Source of the DNA: Ascidiella aspersa
Taxonomy: Eukaryota
Direction: 5' to 3'
Assembly: GCA_963924565.1 (NCBI GenBank)
Contig: OZ004610.1
Span: 12,710,001 to 12,774,000 of the forward strand
Length of the DNA: 64,000 nucleotides
The notes beneath the pieces are model-generated. The model did not search any database. It saw only the letters and a program-made list of their open reading frames with translations, and was not told the DNA's origin. Below, piece by piece: positions 1 to 12,800 of this stretch. Numbering within the stretch: position 1 is the stretch's first letter; every line of letters begins with the position of its first letter. The position numbers were made by a program, and so were the translations under genes.

Positions 1-385
1 AATTATTTTTTCCCAAAACCTAATCTCTTTGAATATTTCTTAACATTTCCAAATTACATAGTAAGCCTGTATATTACAATACTCCGTTTTAACTTGTCTT
101 GCCCTAATGACTTGCCCTAGTTGCCTCAGTTAAGAATTTCGAGGTTCTGCTTAGCTGTCCGCAAAAGGGTTTTTGTATTTTTACCCTTCCGCAAGTGCCA
201 AAAAGTTAAGAACCATACTGTTAAGAACCATACTGTTATAAAATAAGGATTGATTGTGCTTAAATGTTGTTTTTATATATTTTTTTCAAAGAAAAAAATG
301 ACTTGTTGAGCAATTTAAAGTGTTTATGGCTCCAGCGATAAGAACAAGTATATTCAATTTTACAGAACTTGTTAAAACTTTGTAG

Positions 386-3300
386 GCGAGCGACGGTTAC
401 GTTTATATCGTGATGGAAGCTGCCCGCAACGGTGACATGCTTCGCTATGTGCAGCGTCATGGCGCACTTCCGGAATCCGAAATTCGCCAGTATTTTTGGC
501 AACTCTGTCAGGCGATCAACTACTGCCATCGGCATAACATATGCCACAGGTCAATCGTTGTGTATTGTAGCACAGGGTCCTTTTAAACCAGGGGTCGAAT
601 ACTTTTTAGCTAAGGAAGCCGTAAAAGCCGAATATTTTTGGTTGTATTTCCATGAGATTAGTGGAAAAAAATTGTGATTAGAATAGGTTATTTAGTTCAC
701 ATTTAAAACAAAATTTGTAAACGCGAAATTTGCCTTGGTTAGGTTAAAAAAAATATTTATTACGAAGTGCCATGTATACGCACTGGATTTTAAATATCCC
801 CCCAATGGGACACGAAAATACAATGAGAAGTCGCGCGAAGCTCGGAAAAATTTTCTACCATATACCCATTTTAAATAAGTAAAAAATACAGCTTGGAAAG
901 GGGTGACGGCCGTGTGTAATTTGATTCGTTACAATCGTGCTAAGCAATAATAGCTTAGATTTATCCGCAAACACTATTCCTTCATAAAAAGAGCCATGGT
1001 CCCGTATGGCTCACGAGCCATAGGTTGCCGAACCCTGCTGCTTTAGACACTTCTTTTATCTAGCCTATTTACGAGTTGTTAGGAAATCCGACTGAAAGCT
1101 AGGAGTAATCGTAATAAACTTTCCCTCATCAATACATTACATCAATACAGAAAGAATCTCTACATTCACGTTGTTTAATGTTTCGCTATCAGCCACTAAG
1201 TTTGAACAAAGTTCGATCTAGCTAGGGAAATGATGCCCCTTGAAAAAATGTCCAGCTGGCGTCCCTGTTAAAAGAAAGCCTATATAGGCCTACCATTTTG
1301 TGTTTTTATACAATGCTTGTACAAAATCAAGTCAAGAAATTTCCATTTACCATCCTTGTAATGGCAAGTTCAAACATGTTTATTACTTATGGTTGTTTTT
1401 CTCCATTTCTACAAATCAAGTCTCTTTAGGTGTGCCGCAATATATTTTTCTCATTTATATGGTTGTGTAATACTTGCATAAAATGTTGAGGAAAGACTCT
1501 TTCGGGGTATAACCACTTTTCCTTACTTGTTGGTCCATATTCTTCATATGTTTGGAAATTGAATTTCCATGTGTGTTTCAACAGAGACTTAAAATGCGAA
1601 AATCTCCTGCTTGCGGAAGATAACAAACTGCTTTTAACCGACTTTGGGTTCTCGAAGCCGATGTCCTACGATTCACTTGGTCGTATCAGCTTAAGTTCAA
1701 CCTTTTGTGGGTCTGCCGCCTATGCAGCACCAGAAATAATACAAGGTTTACATATAGTTTACAAACATATAGTGCTATTTTGCACCCATTAATTTAGTCT
1801 TAATTTTGGCTTGGTCATTTTTTATGCGCACTGCATAGTTTTTATGATCTGCTCTGTATACTGTATTTTATTAACTCTGTTATACCTTAGTGTTACTTAA
1901 ATTGTGCATAACTATTGGTAAGCTGAAATACTGTAGGAAGTAAGGAATCTACCGCAGATATTAAAATACAGATTCTTGTTTCGTATCAGATGATCTTAAG
2001 ACTGTTGAATAAAAACAGGTGTAAAACATAAAATCTTCTTAAAATTTTACAGAAATATATATTTCGCCATATCAATAGGCATCATCAGTTTCTTAATTCG
2101 AATGGAAGATTTCATAGTCTTAAGATTATAAATATTGGTATTTTTTTAAGGACAGTCTATGGACAGACCAAGCCTGTTTTGACTAAATAATATTGCATGA
2201 TATTCACTTGCAAACTGCTGTTCGGTTTCTATCAGGAAGGCCCTACGACCCCCGAATGCACGACATGTGGAGCATGGGCGTGATTCTCTACATCATGGCT
2301 TGTGGTCATATGCCCTTTGACGATTCTAACGTCAAGAAGATGCTCAAAGTTCAGCTGAGAAACCATCTGAGATTTCCGCCACGTGTTGCGGACAAGCTGT
2401 CAGATCCACTTAAGGTACAAGAACAGCTGTGCGTAATAGTGCGGGTGACATAACCCAAAAGCCTCTTTGTTTTTATAGGGATAATAGGGACGTCTGATTC
2501 TTTGTTTTGAGTTTCGATACCGATACTCGGCGGTTTCAATGAAAAATACGACCGACTAACTCTAAACTGATAAAACTATTGTTATAAAATAAAATAACAT
2601 TAATACTTCATGTTACTTTTAGGCAACACCAATACCTTTTTTAGAAATATTGAACTTTCATTGTTAAAACGTTGCGTGGGATCGCAAAAATATGCTACTT
2701 TGATCATATCATAAACCAAAAACGCTAATACTGAATACTTTAAAATATGAAACGAACGAAAAAGTGCGGTTTGCAAATAAAGCGATATAAAGTATTTTGC
2801 TAGTTTAACTCGTAAAAAAAACTTTTTTTGTTTTTAACGTCGAATGTTGTCCACTTGACAACTGAAAACACGAAACCCTTTTTCTTTCGACCATTGTGTT
2901 TTTGTCAACCATTGTGTTTTCTGTCATTCGACCATTGTGTTTCCGTCTGTTGATATAAAGCATATGATCCGGAGCCTTATTCAACCGGATGTGACGCAGC
3001 GGGCAACGATGGAACAAATGTTTGATCATCCGTTTCTCGCCGGCTGCTCAGATGAGGCTACGAGGTGCGTTTAAACTTTTTTTGGTAATTTTTCGTTTGT
3101 TTAAAGTGAATGCCAAATTGCCAACACAATCCAACATACCTAAGGGTTAAGCCAAAACAACGACAAGGCATTTAGCCAGCATAGCAAAGCTTATTAAACT
3201 TTTTCATGTTGTTCACTCTAATTCGAACTTGAAAAAAATATTCCTTACTATTTTTAAAGTTAAAAAGTATAACGTGCCATTAACAATTGGTAAACACCAC

Positions 3301-3847
3301 ATTAAAAATGACTAGTTTGCAATTATCACTAGTTTAAAAATTAGAAGGCTGATATTTTTCTAAAATGTATATAGACAGCTCTTGTAACACGCATCATTTC
3401 CTGTTTCCACTATTGCGTTAACAATTAAATCTGTTATATGTATACATGTTTTACACTATAATAAACTCGTCTGCTTTGTTTCTGACATTTAACTTACAAA
3501 TCATAATTTATTCACCACGAAATTCCAGAACCTCTCCACTCAATCCGGCCGCCAGCGTCGTCCAGCACATCTACGATTTTTTCACCGGTCGCCCGTCCAC
3601 CACGCACACCAACAGGCGCGGTAGCGTTGGCAACAGCGATGACGCAGCAGCCGGCTGCAGCACCGCCCAACGACGTCACCATCACCATAGCAACAGCGAG
3701 CGGCATCACCACCACCATCATCACCAGCAGCATCCGCCCAACTGCTGCTCCGGCAACTCGTCACGTGACCAGTACGACCCGGGAGAGTCCACTCCCTGCC
3801 AACGGCGATGTCGTCATCCGCGTGGCAGAAAAGAAGGGGACACTTGA
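386..3847 (+). CDS. Testis-specific serine/threonine kinase (TSSK family, CAMK group), 5' part lies upstream of the window
   Basis: GT-AG exons 386-549, 1585-1745, 2236-2414, 2961-3064, 3529-3847 splice in frame. Motifs: [79 protein letters not shown] and PFDDSN are TSSK hallmarks. AATAAA at about 3994. Confidence 0.9.
589..1037. mobile_element. hAT-type MITE (degenerate)
   Basis: Termini CAGGGGTCGAAT.. / ..GTTGCCGAACCCTG, similar to the element at 7124; TSD imperfect. Confidence 0.55.
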
Positions 3848-6800
3848 GAGTTTGTTGATAAATGTTGATTGGTGGCCACCGCATCTCTTTGTGAAAGCAC
3901 TCACTGAAAATCCCACTAATGCGAAAACCATTATGTTACGATTTTTCTTGTGGCGAAGCGCAATTTTCCTGATTAGTTTTGTTACTAAAATGCAATAAAG
4001 CAGCACCTGCACTTTACGCTGGTCGTGTTGTGTCATTTGGGGCGCGTGGCTTATTTGTTTCTCGTTTTGCAGATTTTACAGCTTTACTGAAAATTAAATA
4101 TACTTACTTACCCTACGTCAGACTTTGGTAAAATTCTGCTTGTCAAGCAAGTTATTTCGGCCCACGTTTTTCGCGGCATTTTCTTTAAAACAATTTTTCT
4201 CGGTATTTCTGCGCTAATTTGACAACAGATGTACAACTCTATCCCAGTCTATTTTTTCAAGAATATTTAAAGCTATGAAGTCATTGAGGTACATTGTAAA
4301 AATAAACGCGACTTTTTATATGTTAGGTTATAACTTTTAAATATACCCTCTACTCTACACTCTTATCAGGGGCTGATCGATCTACACAAGCCGCGACTCT
4401 ATTTTACCTGTTTTAACTGCCTCAATGTAAATTGATTTCAAACTTAGCGCGAATATGATTAGCCTTTCAAATATTGTTAATATGATTAGCCTTTCAAATA
4501 TTGTTTACGCAGGTTTTTTGATTTATAAAAAGCCCTCCGATCTCCGTATTATGGTACTCTTTTAAACGAACGTTTTGAAAATTAAATAATTATAAATGCA
4601 TTTTTGTGCGTTGATCGAATGTATATCGCCTTTAACTATAAACAAAATATTAGTGTATCTTTCAATTCCGTATAACCTCCAAATTCACATTTTTATAGCT
4701 AATTTTTGTAATGTCATTTTTTCGAGTTTGCGGAATTTTCTTAAAGGTCGACTTCATTTACATATTTGCGCACAACTATCAACGTATAATTACAGGTTTA
4801 TTGAGCTTAACTTGTTTTATAGCGTTACAGCATAAAGTCATATTGTATGTATTTAATCCTATTTTTGATCCGGCCCGCCACAACAGTAGGTTTCTAAAAC
4901 GACCCTGTGTAAAAAAGAATTGCCGACCCATGTTCTGCATAGTTGTCATTATGAATAACACGCCTTTTTACCAAGGCGTTTAAGAATCGTTTTTAAAAAC
5001 ACAGCTTGAATATAATTGCCCCTTTTTTCGAAATGTAGGCCTGCGACTAAAAATCGATACTAAACGTCGTGTTCAGCTGAAATGGATTAAAATTTTCACC
5101 AAGAAATATTTAGTTGTCGATACCAGATGGGTTCTGTTGTACTGCTGTTTAAGACACATATCAGCGATGTTGATATAAAACGCTCCTCCGAAGGTTGTTT
5201 AGTTATAACACAGCAGTCAACAGCGTAACTTTCACTTCTTGTGTACTGTAATTCAAATTCAATCAGTGCAAGTTTTAGGAGGTTTTCCGCCAAGGAAAGC
5301 TGTTAGTCAATTGTCTCTGAACCGGGGGTAATTTTCCCCTATTGGAAATTTGGAATTAGACAAAAATAGGTATGCCTATGCCTTAGTTGGGGGTATTAAA
5401 CAGTATAGGTCTTTTTCGCAAGCGAGACAAAAATTTAACTGAAGTATACATTTTTTTCGGTTATTTAGTACTACTGTGGTCTCTGTTATTTAATACGACT
5501 GCAGTTATTGATTTGTTAAAGTCATTTAGCAAAGTAGATTACTTATAATTTGATAGTAATATAACGGATGAAAAGCTTGCAACTTTATAGAGCATCTACT
5601 TTATTTTGTATGGGCAAATTATTGTATAGGTATATTTTCAGAAATTGTTTTTCTAAAGAGGAAATTGAGGTGGGATAGCGAAACAAGGGAGGTCCACGGA
5701 ATAAAAAAAGGTTGATGATATGATATTATAATATGCTTGTTGACGATGCAGTGGATCGCCTGAACTACTTCACAATCAACTCGTAATAAAAATATTCAAC
5801 TCGTAAATAAATAAAAAATGTTGGCAGCCTCTTTATACACGAGAATATATTTCGACCATATTTTGAAGGTTATTTTGTACTTTGGTATACCATTCAATTG
5901 TAAAATATATTGCCAGAAACAGGTGGTCGAAACGTTAGTACTTTAATAAAATGTTACCGGAAAAACAATTTTACAATTGAAACATGACTGGCAGCAACAT
6001 TATAATCATATAAGGCGTTGTGTAACTAAGTGACACGGTCCTGTGAAATCGTATTACGTGTTTTAATATTTAACGAAAGAAATCTGTGCGTTTGCTGCTC
6101 GATGCATTTGACCAATCGTACGTGTTTGGCCGACGATAGGTTGAATATGTCGACCTACAGACTGCACAAATGTCAGCAATGTTACCCAATACCTTTTTAT
6201 TTGGATGACACACGCTACGTATCCACTGTAAATGCTAGTTTCACAAGTAGATTGCCCGTTCGCAGGGAATGATTCAATAATTTCAATCAATTCTGCTTTA
6301 CCGACAAATGCCAGGATAGGTTGAAATTATTGCTTCGTTACATCTGCACTTTCTTAAAAACGAGCCTTCAACAAAAAATAAGTTTTTGTTTTTAATTAAA
6401 ATAAACTGCAAAAAGTTTTTAACAACTCGAAAACTATCAAGACTCCGTAATAAAAATGTAACCGTAATTAGCATACTGAAACTAAAGTAAGGTTGTGAGA
6501 TAGCATCGTTAAAACACGGGAAACATATACAAACAACGTGAGGGTATTCCACAGTTACAGGAAAATCTCCATCCTAACTAATATCAAGCCTTTATACTAT
6601 AAACTCAAACAGTGCATTTTTATTTTTAATGACAATTTGAAGGAATGGCGACTATCATTTGACTTTTATATTGGTATCGACTCTAAATGAATATAGGCGT
6701 CGGATTACTATGCGATATATAAACTTTAGTTTTAAGTTGGTCACTAAGAGTTTTATACAACAATAAAAGAGTGACATTGTATGGCACGTATGTCAAATTC

Positions 6801-6874
6801 GAATAAAACTGGATATTAATACAAAAAGCGTAAAAGTGTGAACGTGCGAATGTAACCATGGTAATCAAGTTTTG

Positions 6875-9800
6875 TTAAAACTCAGATGCGGTGTGAGCAA
6901 ATAGCGGTCCTCGTCGCAGGTTCAAACTCTTGCATGCAGATTCGATACTTTCTGCCACTGCTGGTTGTCCGCAAGTGAAGACGCCGATCTTTTTAACCTT
7001 GTTTAAAACATGTTATACGTTTGGTACTTGGACGTAATTTGTTAAACAAATATTACGGTTTAATTCACTTTTTTCTATGTTTCTAAATTTAGAAAAGACG
7101 CGATGTGTAAGGGTTGTCTAGACCAGGGGTCGGCAACCTTTTTTGCACTGCGGACCGGTTTAAAACTAAAATTTTGTCGCGGATCGGCCTTGAAAAAACA
7201 ACAAATGTTCAGGAAAGGAAATTTATTACAACTTTCAATGCGAACTTTATACTTGTTTTGCCGCAAAGAGATGCTCCCATCTAACAATTATTGAACGTAC
7301 TGAAACCCGCGAACGGCATCCGGCCAGCCAAACAATTTAGTTTAACCCAGCCCGCGGCTTATTTCAATAAAACTTTTAGGCCTTTACGTTTTTTTCTTAA
7401 ATTACACTGGTATAACATAATTACCAATTCCTATATTCTTACCACCTTCTCAAAATAAGGATATTTAAGTTCGTTTTTCAACAAAAAAATTTTTTTTTAA
7501 ATTTTTTTTAATCTTACAACCCTGCTACGGACCGGTAACCAACTCCTTGCGGACCGGTACCGGTCCGCGGACCGGCGTTTGCCGACCACGGGTCTAGACA
7601 ATTAATATCTGCCGATTTGCTCTGTTCAACTGTGGAATGTTTGTATGCATATAATATGTTTAACCATTGAATTCAAAATAAATAAAAGGAGATAATGCTG
7701 GTGCAATTTTTGGAAAATTTTGTCATTATTCAGCTTATTAAACAACGTGTTTCTTGTTAATTTGGGTTTTGATAGCTATCGAGAGCATCACAAGATGTGC
7801 CAATTGGAGCTAACGTAAAGGGCTTCTTCAGTGTACAGTAGCTATACCAAGTATGTTGGATTATTATTTACCCTCCTGTGTTCACGCGAGTTTTGTACGC
7901 TCTCCAGAAACTCCTTGAAATTAGGTCTTCCGAAATGCGTAGTCGCCTTCAGCCCGGTGAACAAAGACCTGCCCTCGACCTTGTGAAAGTGGCGCTCGCA
8001 AGCGTACTACAAAAGCATGTGAAGCTGATGTTTACGGCCCGTTTGGAGAAAAACACAGAATCGTTTTAAATACAGCAGCGTGGCAGATTAAATGAGATGC
8101 TCTTGCATTTTTGGTCATCAGAAATACGCAAAAAAGTTTGTTGGAAAACTTACCCTGCTGTGTATTTTTTTTAAGTTACCAAAACGATGTATAGGTTAAA
8201 CTAAAAGTTAAAAATTAGATTACAACAATGTATTGTTTTTAGTATCCCTATTTTTCACTTTGCGGAGAAAAAAACAAAACAGATGTGTATATCAACAAAA
8301 AGGTCCCAGTTCATCTGACCTTGAAAAGCTTCCATTTGGGAAATTCAAAATGGCCGCCATCAGGATCAACTCACCAGGCCATGTAACCCATCGTTTCAAT
8401 TGCTCAAAGTATAGTTAAATTAATATTGTCTTTTTATTTTCCTCTAATATTTTCTGTGACCTACGGCCTTTTTCGTGGGATTATTTTTGTGCTGGTTCAT
8501 GCGTAACTGAAAAAGTAAAATTTAATGTCTTGTCGTTTCCTGTATTTTCTCAGTCATCTAAATTGGAGAGAGATAAGTGGTAAATAAACACCATGCCGTG
8601 GCTTGCCGTGCGCATTGAAGTTACAGTGGCGTTTTTTACTGCACTAGCTGTTTTTTGTCTAATGTTTTCAACATAGTTTGCGAATTCCTTAGCGGAACAA
8701 TAATTTAATTTGCTTTTACAGCAAAAGCATTTATTTTGCTGCAAAATGTCTCAAGTTAAACATATATGATTTAATTATTAAACGTTCCTTATAGCTCGTT
8801 ACAAGTGTTTCAATTTTGCAATTAAGATATGCACTGTCAATATATGTTTTTAGCAAGACAATTTGTTGCTAGATCGAAACATAGGTTTTCCAATGAAAGT
8901 TAATTAAATTATTGTTTCGCTTGAATGATTTCGTAAGCTATGTTAAATACATAAAACAATAAACAACTAGTAAAGTTAAAAAACACCAAAATCCAGTGTA
9001 ATTGTTTGTTTACAAATTATTTGGAGTCATATATAGAGAAAAAACTGAAATGACATCAAATTTTACTGTTTTAGTTACGCTTTAATGAGCACATATGTGG
9101 CCTTACGAAAAACGCCTTATCTCCGAATACAGAAAGTATTTCAGTAAATTAAATACGAAGTGGTTTTCAAAGAGACTTGTTCAGTGCAATTTAACAACAA
9201 CTTTGAAAAAAAAATGACACCGTGTGTTACATGACCGAGTGAAATAACATGGAATATTACCCATTTGAACATAATAAGGAGGCAAGGATAAGTGCGAAAT
9301 AAAGAAATATTACCATCATAGTAGTCTTTAAGTCAAACGTGTCTACGCCATCAAAGTTATATTTGTGCTTCGTAATAAAGATATGAGTTTCCAGTAAGTT
9401 CAATCTGTCCTCGTCTTCTACATTCTTGATGATGTCAATCAGCCACTCGTAATCACTTTGGTTTCTTGTTGACCATATAAAGTAAACCTAAAATAAATCT
9501 AACAATTTTAATCAAAGATTCATTTTTATTTGAATCAGGTATTTTTAAGCACATGAATCTATCATAGACCAGAGATTGATTGTTTTCAAAGAGCAGAATA
9601 ATGCTAAAACAAAAATGATGAATAGAATAATAATATAAAACACTACAATAACATTCCATAAAACAGAAACGAGTGGAGGTAATACCCTTTTGCAAGCAAT
9701 TCCCGATCCAGTTGTACTTTTATGGACTAGGTCTTTTAAAATGGATGAAAAGGGAGTCACTCCGATTCCTGATCCGATTAATACTGCCACCTGGTGCTTA

Positions 9801-12800
9801 TACCAGTCCTGGTGGCCCTCACCCAAAGGACCGTCGATATACAGCTGTAACAAAGCAGGTTTGGGCTACTACAGTTCGTATTCCAAATCACTAAAACAGC
9901 AATTCAGTAGCAGCATACCTTTGGATAGCGATTACAATCTAATGTTTTTTGTCTGCACAATTTTCTAAGTTTTCTTGTCCAAGGGCCAGCTTCTTTTATG
10001 TGAAGCTCTATCGTTGATTCGTTTGGAGACGACGATATTGTAAACGGGTGATATTCGTGTGGAACGATCTCTGGACATGCTAGCAATAGCTGCAAAAAGG
10101 AAAGTCGTTAATATTAGTAAATGTTGACAGATTTTTGAAGTTATCTATTATCCTAAATGTCAAAAACTTTATCCCTCCAAATGTTCTTTCCTAATAGAAA
10201 CAGGAAATACTAATCAGGTTTGTTTCCTAATTTAGTTTTAATTAGATAAAGTGTTGTAAGGTCAAAGTAAGTACTACTAAATTTGGTGTAGGTCAAAGTG
10301 GACCAAACGTAAGCCCGCGAATCGCATGTGGCCCTTGACTTTTTGCCGTTTGGGCAAATCTGTTACGTATTTGGAATCTGACTATTGTATCGTAAATAAC
10401 ACATTTACCAGTTTTTAACAAGAAAACAACGGGCCCTAATAATTTGTTTCCAAAGTAATCTGATAAAAGTCATAAATCGAGCAATGTACTAATTTTCTTT
10501 TTTAAGTCTCTTTATACTGCCTATAAAAGATTACCTATATAAACAAAATACTTATTGTTTTCGCGCTTCACGCGATTTTGTTGCCAATTTGCATACGAGT
10601 TCGCTGGAGAAAAAAAGTTTTTAGAATTAGTAGTTTAATGACGTTACATCAATGACGTTACATCACGAACTAAATTAAATGAACTGGCCACGTAAATTCA
10701 GCGTCTATTGTAAGTGACCCGGGAAAAACACGCCAGTATTATTGCCCCAGGACCTGTCAATATTGTGACCCCAGGTGCTGACTGGAATAAGAAATAAAAC
10801 ACAAAATTAACAACGAGAAAATTTCCATTTCGTATTGAGTGCACTGCAAAAATAAAAAACACTGTCTTTTCAATTGTTCGCAAATACGGAAAAGTATAAA
10901 ATAATAGACAAAACTTAATAATCAATGGAAGAAGCAATCACTTTCGGGTTGATCCAAGTAAGCTAATCATACCCATTGTCCAGCTAAATAGTGGAAATTC
11001 TGAGGCCGCCTAATTGTCAGATGGAGGACTTCAGAAGGCAAGAGTTTTGCACATTCAATTTGATATTCGGTCCTGCGGCGGCTTAAGCTGTATATCTTGT
11101 CAAGAGTATACAGTATGGCTGGACCAAGAAAGTAGAGATAAAAGCCAGGTTCCTAAACAAAAAACGATGGTTTACGTTTATGCTTTTCATTGTCTGTTTT
11201 AATTAGTAGTGTGCCTAGATGGGAATACTAATATTGTACACCGAAAAGCCATCGCAGCCTCGCCGAATCTGTCGATCTATGATGCAAGCAGAGCAAGCCA
11301 GAAAAACAACTGGCCTGCAGTGAGGTTCGAACTCACGACCTCCGGTCAAGCCGGGACCGTCGACTCGCTCCTCTCTGAGTCGACTCGCTCCTCTCTGAGC
11401 CTGCATAGCTCAGTTGGTAGAGCGACGGTCCCGGCATGACCGGAGGTCGTGAGTTCGAACATCACTGCAGGCCAGTTGTTTTTCTGGCTTGCTCTGCTTG
11501 CATCATAGATCGACAGATTCGGCGAGTCTGCGATGGCTTTTCGGTGTACTATTGATACGGAAGCCGTAATCGTTGGTCATAAAGCAACTTCCGAGGGGCT
11601 AGATCACAGGTGTTATTAAACACATATGTTTGTGTGTGTCTTTCATACTAAAATTGTAGTGATACCTCAACTAGCATACAGCCACCATGCAGTAACATGA
11701 AGATGTAAAACAGCAGAATGCCACAGACATGCGTCCAGTGAAAGATGCGGTAAACTACATGTCGAGCGTAGTCGCACGCAAACAAGTACCTGCCAGAAAA
11801 ATTACATGATAATTTGCATAAAAAAATTATTTACAGCTCTATATTTTACTTATGTTAAGCTTTACAACAAAAGCAAAGGATGTTATCTTATTCACCTACA
11901 TAATAAGAAGAACCACGCACAGAACGATCCCAGTAATACCGGTGATAGTTTGGAATCCCCAAAAGAAAAAGGTCGGCAAAAAGTTACTCGGCCACCAGAT
12001 GTCACTAAAGTAACACAGCAAGTCCATCGGGGACTGGGTGGAAATCGAAAAGAAATTAATTCCGTGGGCTACCACGTGGACCACTGCAAGCAACAAAATA
12101 GCCAAATGTTTCGTTCCGGTCGTTAAACAAAAGTGTTCCAACTTTCAAGTCCAAAAGTTAAGAAATACATATTAATTTGTAGCCACAATTTGAAAGCACT
12201 TCTTTGAACCATGTTACATTTAATTTTGTTTTATAGCGAGTGGGGTCGAATATTGAGCCTAAATTAAAATCCAAAGACAAATTGGTGCAATACTGTGTAG
12301 AGCACGCCTTATATGCAGCAGGTAAACTAAAATAACGGATTAACGACATTGGTTGGTTCTTTATTGTTTATTATTAATAATTTCATAGAACCACTTGTCC
12401 TAGGAAAGTCAGAACTAAGTTATCCTGGAATGGGTGGATGCCTATAGGGTAAAATAACTAATAAAATGGTCTATTTGTAGCCCATATCTTACCGGAGAAA
12501 AATAGTCCCATCCATGCTATGATCTTGTGCATAGTGATAGCGGCGTCGAAAGGCACGTAATGCCGAACGAAAGTCTCCCGCAGGAAGGTTATCGTGTTCC
12601 AGCAGACGGTTAGCAGCAGAGTGGAGAAATTGAACATGAGAGCTCCCGCCGATGCTTTGGCGATTGGCAGCGGATATCCGGCCATGTGTAGTAGCCCGGT
12701 GGTTAAGTTCGATGATACCGCACCTGGATAAAACGAAAACAGCTGTTTTGAACAGGGAGTCGAACCGTTTGACTTTTTCGGTTCAGGTTGGGTTCGGGTT

